This document shows, piece after piece, positions 63,135 through 64,000 of a DNA stretch of 64,000 nucleotides. Source of the DNA: Azolla caroliniana (Eukaryota > Plantae > Polypodiophyta); assembly GCA_043228905.1 (NCBI GenBank), contig JBHGNT010000010.1, positions 8,990,001 through 9,054,000 of the forward strand, given 5' to 3'. The notes under the pieces are model-generated. The model was not told where the DNA came from. It made no database searches and saw nothing but the letters and a program-made list of their open reading frames with translations. Both the position numbers and the translations under genes were made by a program. Positions within the stretch are counted from its first letter, which is position 1, and the number at the start of each line of letters is the position of its first letter.

Positions 63135-64000
63135 CCATTCGTGTTCCAGTTCTTGGTGAGGGCCGCATGGTCGCTCACGTTCGTTCGTGTTCTAGTTCTC
63201 GGTGAGGGCCGCATGGTCGCTCACGCTCGTTCGTATTCCAGTTTTCGGTGAGGGCTGCATGGTCACTCACGTTCGTTCGTGTTCCAGTTCTCGGTGAGGT
63301 CGGTGAGGGCCACATGGTCACTCACGTCCGTTCGTGTTCCAGTTCTCGGTGAGGGCCACATGGTTGCTCACGCCCGTTGGTGTTCATGTTCCAACTCTCA
63401 GCGAGGACCAACATGGTCTCTCATGCCCGTTGGTGTTCGTGTTCCCAGTGAGGACCGCATGCCCATTGGTATTTGTGTTCCAGTCTCTGGTGAGGACCGC
63501 ACATGGTCGCTCACTCCAACTATTGTTTGTGTCCAGATCCCGGCGAGGACCGACATGGTTGTTCATGTCTGCTGGTGTTCATGTTCCAGTTCCCGGTGAG
63601 GACCACACATGGTCGCTCATATCCGTTCGTGTTCCAGTTCTCGGTGAGGGCCGCATGGTCGCTCAGGCCCGTTGTTCCAACTCTCGGTGAGGACCAACAT
63701 GGTCTCTTATGCATGTTGGTGTTCATGTTCCCAGTGAGGACCACACATGGTCACTCACGCCCGTTGGTATTCGTGTTCCAGTCTCCAGTGAGGACTGCAC
63801 ATGGTCGCTCACTCTAACTATTGTTTGTGTTGCAGATCCCGACGAGGACCGACATGGTCACTAATGCATGTTGTTGTTCATGTTCCCGTTCCCGGTGAGG
63901 ACCACACATGGTCGCTCATGCCCATTGGTATTCGTGTTTCAGTTCCCAACAAGGACCGCACATGGCCGCTCACGCCTGTTGGTATTCATGTTCTAGTCCT
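63135..64000. repeat. Tandem array of 45-52 bp hairpin-forming units with about 300-bp higher-order periodicity
   Basis: Unit is roughly CGTGTTCCAGTTCTCGGTGAGGACC(N)ATGGTCGCTCACG; the block at 63336-63630 recurs at about 63631-63930. Confidence 0.85.

Larger units (their letters stand above)
56455..64000 (+). mobile_element. Second Tcn1-like gypsy element: 5' LTR 56455-56944, self-primer PBS, long repeat-rich non-coding leader running off the window
   Basis: TGTCACA...TGTGACA inverted termini; TATTCTAG repeats like those in LTR 1714; TATA at 56700; no tRNA PBS. No coding domain is visible in the window, so the classification rests on LTR and PBS features. Confidence 0.72.

Noticed and set aside
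63135-64000. CRISPR-like array of palindromic repeats
   Set aside because: The intervening sequences are themselves repeats rather than unique spacers, the context is a eukaryotic retroelement, and no cas genes are present.

Overview
Plant nuclear DNA, probably from a non-seed plant such as a fern, lycophyte or bryophyte (inferred from the retroelement lineages). Two intact spliced host genes face each other: ribophorin I/OST1 (16208-21433, +, 10 exons) and an SC35/SRSF2-type SR splicing factor (30542-32247, -, 7 coding exons). Nested LTR retrotransposons lie on both sides. Left: decayed Ty1/copia fragments, a decayed Tcn1-like chromovirus (1714-8447) containing a solo LTR, and two more solo LTRs. 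Right: copia A contains copia B, which contains an intact, apparently very young Ty3/gypsy (42218-49541; tRNA-Trp PBS, 4-bp TSD). Copia C contains a second Tcn1-like element (from 56455), which contains a nearly intact young Tnt1/Tork-like copia D (57425-63088). Signals most worth following up: (1) a plant-virus-type -1 frameshift cassette (G_GAU_UUU_UAG plus stem/pseudoknot) joining Gag-protease to RT-RH-IN in the intact gypsy; (2) Tf1-style self-priming geometry in two gypsy elements whose primer sequences differ; (3) antisense tRNA-like A-box/B-box cassettes in several gypsy LTRs; (4) a second -1 frameshift signal (G_UUA_AAC plus hairpin). All of this was read by eye; no searches or alignments were run.
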